Positions 18,142-26,329 of a stretch of 64,000 bases of DNA are shown piece after piece. Both the position numbers and the translations under genes were made by a program. This DNA comes from an uncultured Actinomycetes bacterium (GTDB lineage Bacteria; Actinomycetota; Actinomycetes; Streptosporangiales; Streptosporangiaceae), in the NCBI GenBank assembly GCA_963806335.1, contig CAWDXO010000009.1, forward strand, positions 165,269 to 229,268, read 5' to 3'. The notes under the pieces were generated by a model. It was not told the DNA's origin and searched no databases. It saw only the letters and a list, made by a program, of their open reading frames with translations. Every line of letters begins with the position of its first letter. Within the stretch, counting starts at the first letter, position 1.

Positions 18142-19716
18142 ATGAGCTTCAACCTTGCTGTCATTCTCAGCGAAACCGCGCATTCATCGCCAGACAAGCC
18201 CGTGGCCGTGTTCACCGGGGGCCAGCTGACGTACCGGGAACTTGACATGGCCTCGGACCGGCTGGCAGCTTCCCTGGCGGCGGCCGGGATTAAGCCCGGT
18301 GACCCGGTGGCACTGCAGCTGCCCAACATCCCCCAGTTTCTGATCTGCTACTTCGGGATCCTCAAGGCGGGCGGCATCGTCGTGCCGCTCAACGTCATGC
18401 TCAAGGCGCCCGAGGTGGCATTCCATCTAGGCGATAGCGGGGCCCGCGTCCTGATCACCTGGGAAGGGATCCTGGCCGAGGCCGTCAAGGGAGCCGAAGC
18501 CGCCGGGCTCGAGGAAATCTATGCCGTCGGCCACGGCGATGACTCCGGAGGTGCCGTCCCGTTCGAGCGGCTGCTGGCCGTCGAGGTGGCGCACTTCGAG
18601 ATGGCCATGCGGCAGCCCATGGACACCGCTGTCATCGTCTATACCTCGGGCACGACGGGTCGGCCCAAGGGCGCCGAGCTCACGCACCTGCAGCTGTACA
18701 TGAACGCCGACATCCCCGGCCGCCTGTTCGAGGTCCAGCCCGACGACATCGTGATCACCGTGCTGCCGCTGTTCCATGTCTTCGGCCTATCCAGCATCCT
18801 GGACATCTGCGTGCGGTTCGGCTGCACCATGTCGCTGATCCCGCGGTTCACCCCCGCCGCGGTGCTGACCGCGATCCAGCGCGACCGGGCCACCATCTTC
18901 GAGGGCGTGCCCACCATGTTCGCCGACCTGCTTTCCTGCCCGGACATAGACCGCTACGACCTGTCCTCGCTGCGGATCGCCATCTCCGGCGGGGCGTCCA
19001 TCCCCGCGCCGGTCCTGGACGCGTTCGAGGACCGCTTCGGGCTGATCATCCTGGAGGGCTACGGGCTGACCGAAACCGCGTCGACGGTGACCTTCAACCT
19101 CAGCGAGCACGAGCGCCGCGCCTACAGCGTCGGCAAGCCCATCTGGGGCACCCAGACGCAGGTCTGGGACAACCAGGGCCGGCCACTGCCGCCCGGCCCG
19201 GAGCACGTCGGCGAGGTCGTCACCCGCGGCCTGCACGTGATGAAGGGCTACCTGCACAACCCCCAGGCCACCGCCGCCACCTTCACCGGCGACTGGCTGC
19301 GTACCGGGGACCTGGGCTACTTCGACCGGGACGGGTTCTTGTTCATCGTCAGCCGCGAGAAGGAACTCATCATCCGGGGCGGCTACAACGTCTACCCCAG
19401 CGAGATCGAGAACGTGCTGCACGCCCACCCGGCGGTCGCCGAGGCCGCGGTGGTCGGTATTCCCGACGGGCGGCTCGGCGAAGAGGTCATGGCGGTCATC
19501 GTCCCGCGGCAGGCGGCGACCGTGCTGGAAGCCGACTTGTTCTCCTACTGCGGGGAGCGGCTGGCTGCCTACAAATGCCCGCGGATTTTCGAGTTCCGCT
19601 CGGAGCTGCCCAAGAACTCGCTCGGCAAGATCCTCAAGGACGAACTGGTCCGGCTCCGGGTGCCCCGGATCCGGGTCCAAAGTCCGGGACCTTTGGCATC
19701 GGATGAAGTGAGCTAA
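18142..19716 (+). CDS. fadD: Long-chain fatty-acid--CoA ligase (AMP-binding family)
   Basis: Motifs: YTSGTTGRPKGA, GYGLTE, TGDLG, and the C-terminal KNSLGKILK. Confidence 0.9.
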   Translation: MSFNLAVILSETAHSSPDKPVAVFTGGQLTYRELDMASDRLAASLAAAGIKPGDPVALQLPNIPQFLICYFGILKAGGIVVPLNVMLKAPEVAFHLGDSGARVLITWEGILAEAVKGAEAAGLEEIYAVGHGDDSGGAVPFERLLAVEVAHFEMAMRQPMDTAVIVYTSGTTGRPKGAELTHLQLYMNADIPGRLFEVQPDDIVITVLPLFHVFGLSSILDICVRFGCTMSLIPRFTPAAVLTAIQRDRATIFEGVPTMFADLLSCPDIDRYDLSSLRIAISGGASIPAPVLDAFEDRFGLIILEGYGLTETASTVTFNLSEHERRAYSVGKPIWGTQTQVWDNQGRPLPPGPEHVGEVVTRGLHVMKGYLHNPQATAATFTGDWLRTGDLGYFDRDGFLFIVSREKELIIRGGYNVYPSEIENVLHAHPAVAEAAVVGIPDGRLGEEVMAVIVPRQAATVLEADLFSYCGERLAAYKCPRIFEFRSELPKNSLGKILKDELVRLRVPRIRVQSPGPLASDEVS

Positions 19717-19757
19717 GTCTCTCCCGGTCCGGAAAGGCCCTGGGCGAAGCTGAGGCC

Positions 19758-20090
19758 ATGAACGCGAGATACCTGCACCCATCAGCCAGGAAAGACAACG
19801 CCACGGCCCAGCGCGGCTCCGGCGACACCGTCGGCTCGCCCGCCCAGGGCGCAGGGCCGGCCGACCGCGCCTGCTGCTGCCCGGCTAAGGCGGTCGTGCG
19901 GGTCACGGTTCCGGCCGCCCCGGCTCGGCCCCGCCAGACCGACCTGCTGCTTTGCGGACACCACTACCGCGTCTCGCGGCACGCCCTCACGGCGGCCTCG
20001 GCCACCGTGCGGGGGCTGCCCGGGACGCCGCGCGACATCATGAGCTGGATTGAGCTAGACCACCAGAGTTCATCATGCACGCCTACGTAA
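19758..20090 (+). CDS. Hypothetical Cys-rich protein (pattern resembles actinobacterial DUF7455-like proteins)
   Basis: Motif DRACCCPAKAVVRV...DLLLCGHHYR. It overlaps the next gene by 16 nt. The start is uncertain. Confidence 0.4.
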   Translation: MNARYLHPSARKDNATAQRGSGDTVGSPAQGAGPADRACCCPAKAVVRVTVPAAPARPRQTDLLLCGHHYRVSRHALTAASATVRGLPGTPRDIMSWIELDHQSSSCTPT

Positions 20091-20713
20091 GGGACGTCAT
20101 GACCGCGAACGTCGTGACGGTCCGGGCTGAAACGTCCTACCGGGACATGATCACCCTGGTCCGCAGGCACCGGATCAGCGGGTTGCCGGTGGTGAACGAG
20201 GACGGGAAGGTCCTCGGCGTGGTGTCTGAGACAGATCTGCTGGCCCCGGAGGCCGTCGGTCCCGGACAGGGCGTTCACCCGACCCGGCTGCCGCACCGGA
20301 AGCAGGTAATGGCGGACACGGCGACCGCGGGCGACCTGATGACCCATCCGGCGGTGACGACAGATCCGGACGAACTCGTCGCCAACGCGGCCCGCCTGAT
20401 GCTCTCGCTCAAGCTCCAGCGGCTCCCGGTCGCCGATCGCGACGGGCGCCTGGTCGGCATCGTCAGCCGGTCCGACGTGCTGAGCGTGTTCAGCCGGACC
20501 GATGAGGATATCCGCCGTGAGGTCACCCAGGATGTGATCATGGACGGCTTCTTCACCGACCCCAGCCGGTTCACGGTAACGGTGCAAGACGGGATCGTCA
20601 CGCTGGCCGGTGCCCCGGGCAGCGTCGTGCTCGGCGAGAACATCGTCGACCAGGTCCGGCAACTCGAGGGCGTGGTCGCCGTCCAGGACCAGTTCACCTA
20701 TCCGGAACTTTAG
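20075..20713 (+). CDS. CBS-pair + BON domain protein
   Basis: Motifs: VRDVMTANVVTV...ISGLPVVNEDGKVLGVVSETDLL; LMTHPAVTT...LQRLPVADRDGRLVGIVSRSDVL; and a BON tail (VTVQDGIVTLAG...LEGVVAVQDQ). Confidence 0.85.
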   Translation: MHAYVRDVMTANVVTVRAETSYRDMITLVRRHRISGLPVVNEDGKVLGVVSETDLLAPEAVGPGQGVHPTRLPHRKQVMADTATAGDLMTHPAVTTDPDELVANAARLMLSLKLQRLPVADRDGRLVGIVSRSDVLSVFSRTDEDIRREVTQDVIMDGFFTDPSRFTVTVQDGIVTLAGAPGSVVLGENIVDQVRQLEGVVAVQDQFTYPEL

Positions 20714-20717
20714 TCCC
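20704..20717. promoter_or_regulatory. DevR/DosR-type operator, GGAACTTTAGTCCC (1 mismatch)
   Basis: Overlaps the stop codon of the CBS-BON gene and lies upstream of the Rv1733c-like gene. Confidence 0.5.
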
Positions 20718-20748
20718 GTCGTCAGAGGAGACCAAGGGCCCTAGGACA

Positions 20749-20762
20749 GGGCCATAAGTCCC
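20749..20762. promoter_or_regulatory. DevR/DosR-type operator, GGGCCATAAGTCCC (1 mismatch)
   Basis: About 85 nt upstream of the Rv1733c-like gene. Confidence 0.55.
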
Positions 20763-20847
20763 TACCTGATCGTACCCAGCGCGCGGCAGGCTAGTGGACA
20801 GGCGGCCGATACCCTCACAGCCGCCCGGTTAGCCGCCGGAGGTGATC

Positions 20848-21459
20848 ATGATGCGCGGCAATAAGGTCCTCAGACCGAGCGGGCGCCTGACACGCTGCGC
20901 CCGCTGGCTCGGCTTGGACCGTAACCCGCTGCGCCGGACCACCGACCGGATCGAGGCGGCCATCCGGCTGGCCATGATCATCTTGCTCGTCGGCGCGGTG
21001 CCCATGGCCGCCGTCGCCGTCGGCCAGCGGGCCGATCAGCTGGCCATTCGCCACGCTCACGCGCAGCAAGTAGGGGATCACCTGGTGAACGCGGTCTTGG
21101 TCCGGCAGGCGCCCGCGACCGGGATCCCGGACCCGTATACCTCGATCCAGTACACGTGGGTCTTGGCCCGCTGGCAGCCGCCGGGCCAGGCCCGGTTCGG
21201 GGAGGTCCTGGCCGCAGCCGGATCGCGCCGGGGAAGCACCGTGGCGACCTGGATCAACGCCTCCGGCGCGGTCACCGATCCCCCGCCAAAACACCGTGAG
21301 ATTGTCGGCGATGTCTGCGTCGCCGTCGCGGCGACCTGCCTCCTGTCAATGCTGGTGCTGCTGGGGTCGGCTGCGCTCGCCCGCCGGACCCTGGACCGTT
21401 GGCGGCTGGACGCCTGGGAGGCCGAGTGGCGGGCGAGCGGTCCGCTCCGTTCCCGCTGA
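20848..21459 (+). CDS. Rv1733c-family two-TM membrane protein
   Basis: ATG 20848 follows GGAGG. Motifs: RNPLRRTTDRIEAAIRLAMIILLV at the N-terminus and a second TM span (VCVAVAATCLLSMLVLLG). The architecture matches the mycobacterial DosR-regulon protein Rv1733c. Confidence 0.75.
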   Translation: MMRGNKVLRPSGRLTRCARWLGLDRNPLRRTTDRIEAAIRLAMIILLVGAVPMAAVAVGQRADQLAIRHAHAQQVGDHLVNAVLVRQAPATGIPDPYTSIQYTWVLARWQPPGQARFGEVLAAAGSRRGSTVATWINASGAVTDPPPKHREIVGDVCVAVAATCLLSMLVLLGSAALARRTLDRWRLDAWEAEWRASGPLRSR

Positions 21460-21563
21460 TAAGCCTGATCCCTGGCGCGAAAGACGGATGGGGCCGTGGG
21501 TCAGGTGCGGACGGGATGAAGGTCAGGCCTGCTCAGGGGTACCGCCGCGAGCGCGGTCGTTGG

Positions 21564-21577
21564 GGGACCTCGGTCCC
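21564..21577. promoter_or_regulatory. DevR/DosR-type operator, GGGACCTCGGTCCC (perfect)
   Basis: About 115 nt upstream of the hsp20 start. Confidence 0.75.
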
Positions 21578-21689
21578 ATAGTCATGACGAAGGTCGCGTC
21601 GTGCCGTGCCATCTGGCCCTGCCCTTCCGGGTCTGGCTGTTATGCGATCGAGATGGAAGTGCACGCACCGCCACAGAAAGGCCGAAGAG

Positions 21690-22112
21690 ATGAGCAATGT
21701 GCTGCGTAGAGACCCGAGGACAATGTTCCCGGACCTGGTCGAGTGGTTCGAGGAGCCGTTCATGACGCTGCGCCCCTACCTGGCCCAGCCGATCAGGGTC
21801 GAGGATTACCTGGAAGGTGAGCACTACATGATCCGGGCGGAGCTAGCCGGGATCGACCCGGAGAAGGATGTCGAAGTGACGGTCGGCTCCGGCTACCTGA
21901 CCATCCGCGCCGAGCGGCACGACAAGACCGAGGGCAAGCACCGATCGGAGTTCCGGTATGGCGCATTCACCCGCAGCCTGCCGCTGCCAGCCAACGCCGG
22001 CGAGGACGACGTCAAGGCGACCTACCACGACGGCATCCTCACGATCGCCGTCGGGCTTCAGACCGAGAAGAAGGAACCGGTCAAGAAGATCGAGGTCAAG
22101 TCGATCAAATAG
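21690..22112 (+). CDS. Hsp20/alpha-crystallin family small heat-shock protein (HspX/Acr-like)
   Basis: ATG 21690. Motifs: IRVEDYLEGEHYMIRAELAGIDPEKDVEVTV...GAFTRSLPLP...ATYHDGILTI. Confidence 0.9.
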   Translation: MSNVLRRDPRTMFPDLVEWFEEPFMTLRPYLAQPIRVEDYLEGEHYMIRAELAGIDPEKDVEVTVGSGYLTIRAERHDKTEGKHRSEFRYGAFTRSLPLPANAGEDDVKATYHDGILTIAVGLQTEKKEPVKKIEVKSIK

Positions 22113-22120
22113 GTCCCTCC

Positions 22121-22139
22121 CGCTGACCTAAGGTCAGCG
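22121..22139 (+). terminator. Hairpin just after the hsp20 stop (8-bp stem, 3-nt loop)
   Basis: Sequence CGCTGACC-TAA-GGTCAGCG. No U-tract follows. Confidence 0.35.
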
Positions 22140-22336
22140 CTCATGACTGTGGCCGCGTCGGCGGGCGCGGCCATTGCCATGTCGCGGGCGCGCCGGCAGG
22201 GTGCCGCCCGGTACCGCAGGCAACGCCCACCGTTCCCTCCGCATGGCCAAGAGCGGTACGCCAGACGATGAAGGTGCCCGGCAGATAAGGACCTTCTTCC
22301 CTAGGTATAGGGCATCACGCCCAGCATGCTCTGCGC

Positions 22337-22792
22337 ATGTACTCCGACGGCACGTTCGTGGACCACTTGTCCAGACACGAATGTCTGCGGCGGCTGGAAT
22401 CCGTTCCTGTCGGCCGGATCGTTTACACCCGGCAGGCCCTGCCCGCGGTGGAACTCGTCAACTTCGCGATCGACGACGGCGACATCGTCATCAGGACGGA
22501 CACGGGCAGTAAGCTCGCGGCGGCGACCCAGGGAACGGTGGTCGCGTTCGAGGCCGATTCCATCGGCCCCGACCACGACGCTGGCTGGACCGTCACCGCC
22601 ATCGGACGGTCGCGTGAGGTCATAGATCGTGAGGACATCGATCACCTGCACAAGATCGGACTCCGCGCCTGGGCGCCGGGAACGCGGGACCACTTCATCC
22701 GCATCGCACCGGAAATCCTGACCGGCCGGCTGCTTCGCGCCGACGGCGCGGAGGAGCAAGCAAGCACCGGGCCCGTCGCGCCCGGCCCATGA
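22337..22792 (+). CDS. PPOX-fold family protein, paralogue 2
   Basis: Motifs: LSRHECLRRLESVPVGRIVY, PAVELVNFAIDDGDIVIR, GWTVTAIGRSREV, FIRIAPEILTGRLL. A weak box, AGGACCTTCTTCCC, lies at 22288..22301. Confidence 0.8.
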   Translation: MYSDGTFVDHLSRHECLRRLESVPVGRIVYTRQALPAVELVNFAIDDGDIVIRTDTGSKLAAATQGTVVAFEADSIGPDHDAGWTVTAIGRSREVIDREDIDHLHKIGLRAWAPGTRDHFIRIAPEILTGRLLRADGAEEQASTGPVAPGP

Positions 22793-22870
22793 CGCCCGTC
22801 GCGCCCGGCCCATAACGCCCGTCGCGCCCGGCCCATAACGCCCGTCGCGCCCGGCCCATGACGCCCGTCC
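22771..22870. repeat. Tandem repeat, 23-bp unit x 4.3 (GCCCGTCGCGCCCGGCCCAT[G/A]AC)
   Basis: Units start at 22771, 22794, 22817 and 22840, with a partial unit at 22863. The first unit encodes the last residues and stop codon of the PPOX gene. Confidence 0.9.
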
Positions 22871-23166
22871 GCCTGAGGCCAGGCTGACGAAGCCGCGGAC
22901 GGCCACTGCTGACGAGGGTGGCGTCACGGCCAGTTACCGCGGCGGCATCCGCACGACCATGAGGGCCAGGTAGGTCCTGATGGCTGTCTTCGGACAGCTC
23001 GCCAATGGCCATGCCAGGTCACGACCATCTGCCCTAGGCGCTTCGGCGACGAGCGGTTACGCTGGAGGCGGGCGAGCAGCGCGCCCGGCCGGTTAGCTGG
23101 GCAAGGCCTAGGGAGCTGCCGTGGCTACTGATCGTTATCAAGGTCTCGTATGGATTCCGCCGGGGC

Positions 23167-24309
23167 ATGGTGAACTGGTGGGAGAACCACCGGAATACGG
23201 CGGCGGCTGTGCCTGACGATATCTACCCGGTGCGGTGGACGGGCCAGCAGGCCGTGGTGGCCTTCCCTGAAGAAGTTGACGTATCTAATGCCGGGCAGAT
23301 CCGCGAGGAGTTGCTTTCCGTCATCAACCGCGGCGCGGCCGTCCTGATCGCTGACATGACCGATACGGTCTCCTGTGATCATGCGGGCGTGGATGCCATC
23401 GGGCGCGTCTACCAGCGGGCCCTGGTCAGCGGGACGGAACTGCGACTGGTGGTCGGCAGCGAGATCGTGCGGCGCGTGCTCGCCATGAGCGGCGTCGACC
23501 GGGTGGTGTCCATATACCCCTTCGTAGCCGCCTCCCTGGCCGCGAAGAAAACAGACACCGGGCCGCTGCTCACGCTGGCCGAACCCGGCGGAGGCCAGAG
23601 CCGGCCCGATGCGGATGTCGGCGTCGAGGTCGCGCTGCTGGATTGCGACGGCGTGATCGTGTGGGTAAACGAGGCCTGGCAGGTCTTCGCGCTGGCCAAC
23701 GACGGCGACCTCTCCCGCGCAGGCACCGGCGTGTCGTACCTGGATGTCTGTGATACCGCGGGCGACGACCCGACCACCGGTGAGGTCGCCGCCGCTATCC
23801 GCAGCGCGCTGACGGGAGATATGCCTGCTCCCATCACCATCGAAGTGCCCTGTCACAGCCCGAGCACGGAGCGCTGGTTCGACATGCTGATTGCCGCGCG
23901 GCGCGGCGACAACGGAAGGCCGCTGGGAGCGACGGTCACATTGTCGCTGGCCAGGTCGGAGGATCGGGCCACGCCGATCAGGCCCGAGCGCAGCGGGGTG
24001 GCCGGGACGGCACGAGCGGGCACAGGCGGCCACGTTCTACCTGGTCACGGCCGACCGGCCCCCGCGGACCTCGCTGACTTCGCTCGTGCGGCCGCGCAGC
24101 AGGCGCGCCGTCGCCAGGAACTGCTCGAACGGATCACCAACAGCCTGTACCAGGTCGGGCTCACCTTGCAGGACGCCGACGAGTCTCCCGAGGCAGCGCA
24201 GGAAGCCATAACCGGAGCCCTTCAGGGCTTGGATACCACGATCCGCGAGATCCGCGACGCCGCGTTCACGGACTCGATCAGGTCGTTCCCGCCGCCAGAG
24301 CCCACCTAG
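23167..24309 (+). CDS. STAS - PAS - coiled-coil (degenerate HisKA_3-like) signalling protein
   Basis: STAS part: VVAFPEEVDVSNAGQIREEL...DHAGVDAIGRVY...EIVRRVLAMSGVD. PAS-like part: LLDCDGVIVWVNEAWQVFA...ERWFDMLIAA. C-terminal helices: ERITNSLYQVGLTLQ...LDTTIREIRDAAF. There is no ATPase domain. Confidence 0.65.
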   Translation: MVNWWENHRNTAAAVPDDIYPVRWTGQQAVVAFPEEVDVSNAGQIREELLSVINRGAAVLIADMTDTVSCDHAGVDAIGRVYQRALVSGTELRLVVGSEIVRRVLAMSGVDRVVSIYPFVAASLAAKKTDTGPLLTLAEPGGGQSRPDADVGVEVALLDCDGVIVWVNEAWQVFALANDGDLSRAGTGVSYLDVCDTAGDDPTTGEVAAAIRSALTGDMPAPITIEVPCHSPSTERWFDMLIAARRGDNGRPLGATVTLSLARSEDRATPIRPERSGVAGTARAGTGGHVLPGHGRPAPADLADFARAAAQQARRRQELLERITNSLYQVGLTLQDADESPEAAQEAITGALQGLDTTIREIRDAAFTDSIRSFPPPEPT

Positions 24310-24333
24310 CTTGCATCCCCCACGCCTGGTATC

Positions 24334-24361
24334 GGGACTTTGGCCTCGGGACTTTGGTCCC
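24334..24361. promoter_or_regulatory. Two abutting DevR/DosR-type operators, GGGACTTTGGCCTC + GGGACTTTGGTCCC (second is perfect)
   Basis: A direct 14-bp duplication about 110 nt upstream of the cytochrome b start. Confidence 0.7.
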
Positions 24362-24472
24362 GAGGCCTGGTGACCCTTAGCACTTCAGGCCAGGCCGCGG
24401 CGATTCCATGATGGGGCGATCAGCTAAGTAGCCGGGCGGATAAGTCCGCCCGGCAAGACCCCGGAGGTCCCG

Positions 24473-26329
24473 TTGACACTCCTTGACGCGGCGGGAAACG
24501 CTCCCGTGGCCATCGACCTGAACCATCCAGGCACCTACCTGAACTGGAACATCTTCACGATTTCAGTGGCCAACCTTGTCCTCATTGCGGTCATGGTGGT
24601 CATCTTCGGTGCGGCACTGCTGCTGCCGTTCCCCAGAGCGCACCGCGGCGAAACGGGGGAGGTGACCGAGCCTGAAAATGCCACCGTGGCTCCTGATATC
24701 GGCACCGTCCCCGGTGATGAGCGGATGTGGACGGCGCGGGTGCGCCGCCGCGCGCTGACCTCGCTGCCGCCGAACAAACTGCTGCCTGATCGCCAGCCCG
24801 CCTACGTCGCCTCCTGGGTATACGTGTTCGGCGTGGCCTCGCTGGCCGCGCTCGGCGTGGTGATCGTGAGCGGCTTCGCCATCGCCCTCGGCGGCCCCGA
24901 CTGGTGGCATTACAACCCCGTGGGGCACTTCTTCAACAGCCTGCACCTGTGGAGCGTCGAGCTGTTCATGGCCTTTCTGGTTATCCACCTGTGGGGCAAG
25001 TTCTGGATGGCCGCCTGGCGCGGCCGCCGCGCCATGACCTGGATCACCGGCGTCGTCGCCTTCGTCGCCGCCGTGGTCGAGTGCTTCACCGGGTACCTGT
25101 CCCAGCAGAACTTCGACTCCCAGTGGATCGCCACCAACGGCAAGGATGCGTTCAACGCGGTCGGGGTCGGGGCGTTCTTCAACCTGATGAACTTCGGCCA
25201 GATGCTGATGTGGCACATCGTGCTCCTGCCGATCATCCTGATCGCGATCATCGGCGCGCACGTGCTGCTGGTCCGTGTCCGCGGCGTCAGCCACCCGCTG
25301 CCGGTCGCCAGGCCCCGCGGCCTGGCCGCCCGGCGCGCGGCCGCCAAAGCCGACCGGGCGGCGTGGCGCGGGCCGACCAAGCGCTACGACATCCTGAAGG
25401 AAGGCACCATCGCGACCGTCGTGGTCCTGGTCCTGACCATCGGCCTGTCCGCCCTGCTGTCCTCCCCTAACGTGCCGCCGGTCACGGTCCGCAGCTGGGT
25501 CCAGGTCGCCCCCGCCGACTTCCTGGCCACCGCCGCCAGCGAGCTGAACGGCACCAGCCTGACCGCGAGTTACGGCCCGCCGTACAACACCAACGGAACC
25601 CCGCAAAGCGAATGGTTCGCGCCGGCGGACATCGCCGGCGTGCGGCAGCCGATCGACCCGGCACGGACCTTCGTGCTCGAACCGCTGGCCCAGTCGGCTC
25701 CCACCGACCCGGCGCTGGCCGCCGCGCTGGCCGCTTACAACGCAGCGTCTCCCAAGCAGCAGAACACCTGGGCAACCAACTACGGGAACGCGCTCGCCAA
25801 GGTCAAGTTCGTGAACGGGACCCCGGTGGTACCCGCAGGCAACTACGGGCCCGTCCCCGCCATGCTGGCCACCGAGCTGACCCTGGCCCGCAGCGGCGCG
25901 GTCGACGCCGCCCTGAGTGGCGCCCAGCCGTTCTACGGCACCGACTTCACCAAGCCGCTGCTGTTCCTCGAGGACGGCGCTTACTACGCCAACCAGGCGA
26001 CCGCCGAGCACCTCACCGGAGACCAGTGGGGCGTGATGAACGAGACGGGCAGTTACCCGGGCCAGCCCTGGCTGTGGCTGTACCAGATGTGGTACCACGT
26101 CCCCGGATGGCGTAACTCCGCCAACATCGACCTGATCGCCATCTACATGACCGGCGTGGCCACCCTGCTGCTGCTGGCCATCCCGTTCATCCCCGGCCTG
26201 CGCGACATCCCCCGGTGGATACCCGTGCACCGGCTGATCTGGCGGAACTGGAACCAGAGCGAGCATCCCTCCGGGCCCATCGGCCAGACCGAATCCGGCC
26301 CCAAGCCGGAGCCCGCCGGACAGAAATGA
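24473..26329 (+). CDS. Dihaem cytochrome b (b6/QcrB N-terminal type) with a large extracytoplasmic domain and extra C-terminal TM helix
   Basis: TTG start after GGAGG. Helix B (HLWSVELFMAFLVIH) has 13 residues between the His ligands. Helix D (HIVLLPIILIAIIGAH) has 14 between them. The stretch WRGRRAMTWITGVVAFVAAVVECFTGY resembles QcrB. The stop overlaps the hydrogenase large-subunit ATG. Confidence 0.75.
   Translation: MTLLDAAGNAPVAIDLNHPGTYLNWNIFTISVANLVLIAVMVVIFGAALLLPFPRAHRGETGEVTEPENATVAPDIGTVPGDERMWTARVRRRALTSLPPNKLLPDRQPAYVASWVYVFGVASLAALGVVIVSGFAIALGGPDWWHYNPVGHFFNSLHLWSVELFMAFLVIHLWGKFWMAAWRGRRAMTWITGVVAFVAAVVECFTGYLSQQNFDSQWIATNGKDAFNAVGVGAFFNLMNFGQMLMWHIVLLPIILIAIIGAHVLLVRVRGVSHPLPVARPRGLAARRAAAKADRAAWRGPTKRYDILKEGTIATVVVLVLTIGLSALLSSPNVPPVTVRSWVQVAPADFLATAASELNGTSLTASYGPPYNTNGTPQSEWFAPADIAGVRQPIDPARTFVLEPLAQSAPTDPALAAALAAYNAASPKQQNTWATNYGNALAKVKFVNGTPVVPAGNYGPVPAMLATELTLARSGAVDAALSGAQPFYGTDFTKPLLFLEDGAYYANQATAEHLTGDQWGVMNETGSYPGQPWLWLYQMWYHVPGWRNSANIDLIAIYMTGVATLLLLAIPFIPGLRDIPRWIPVHRLIWRNWNQSEHPSGPIGQTESGPKPEPAGQK

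Noticed and set aside
19677-19696. Near-palindrome CCAAAGTCCGGGACCTTTGG containing GGGACCTTTGGCAT, considered as an operator for the ORF at 19758.
   Set aside because: It lies inside the fadD coding region and the right half-site has three mismatches. The palindrome symmetry also differs from the GGGAC-N4-GTCCC design.
22121-22139. CGCTGACCTAAGGTCAGCG considered as a DevR-type box.
   Set aside because: The half-sites (CTGAC/GTCAG) and spacing differ from the consensus. It lies immediately after the hsp20 stop, so it is more simply a terminator-like hairpin.
22771-22870. The tandem 23-bp repeats considered as a CRISPR array.
   Set aside because: The units are directly abutting with no spacers, and no cas genes are in the window.
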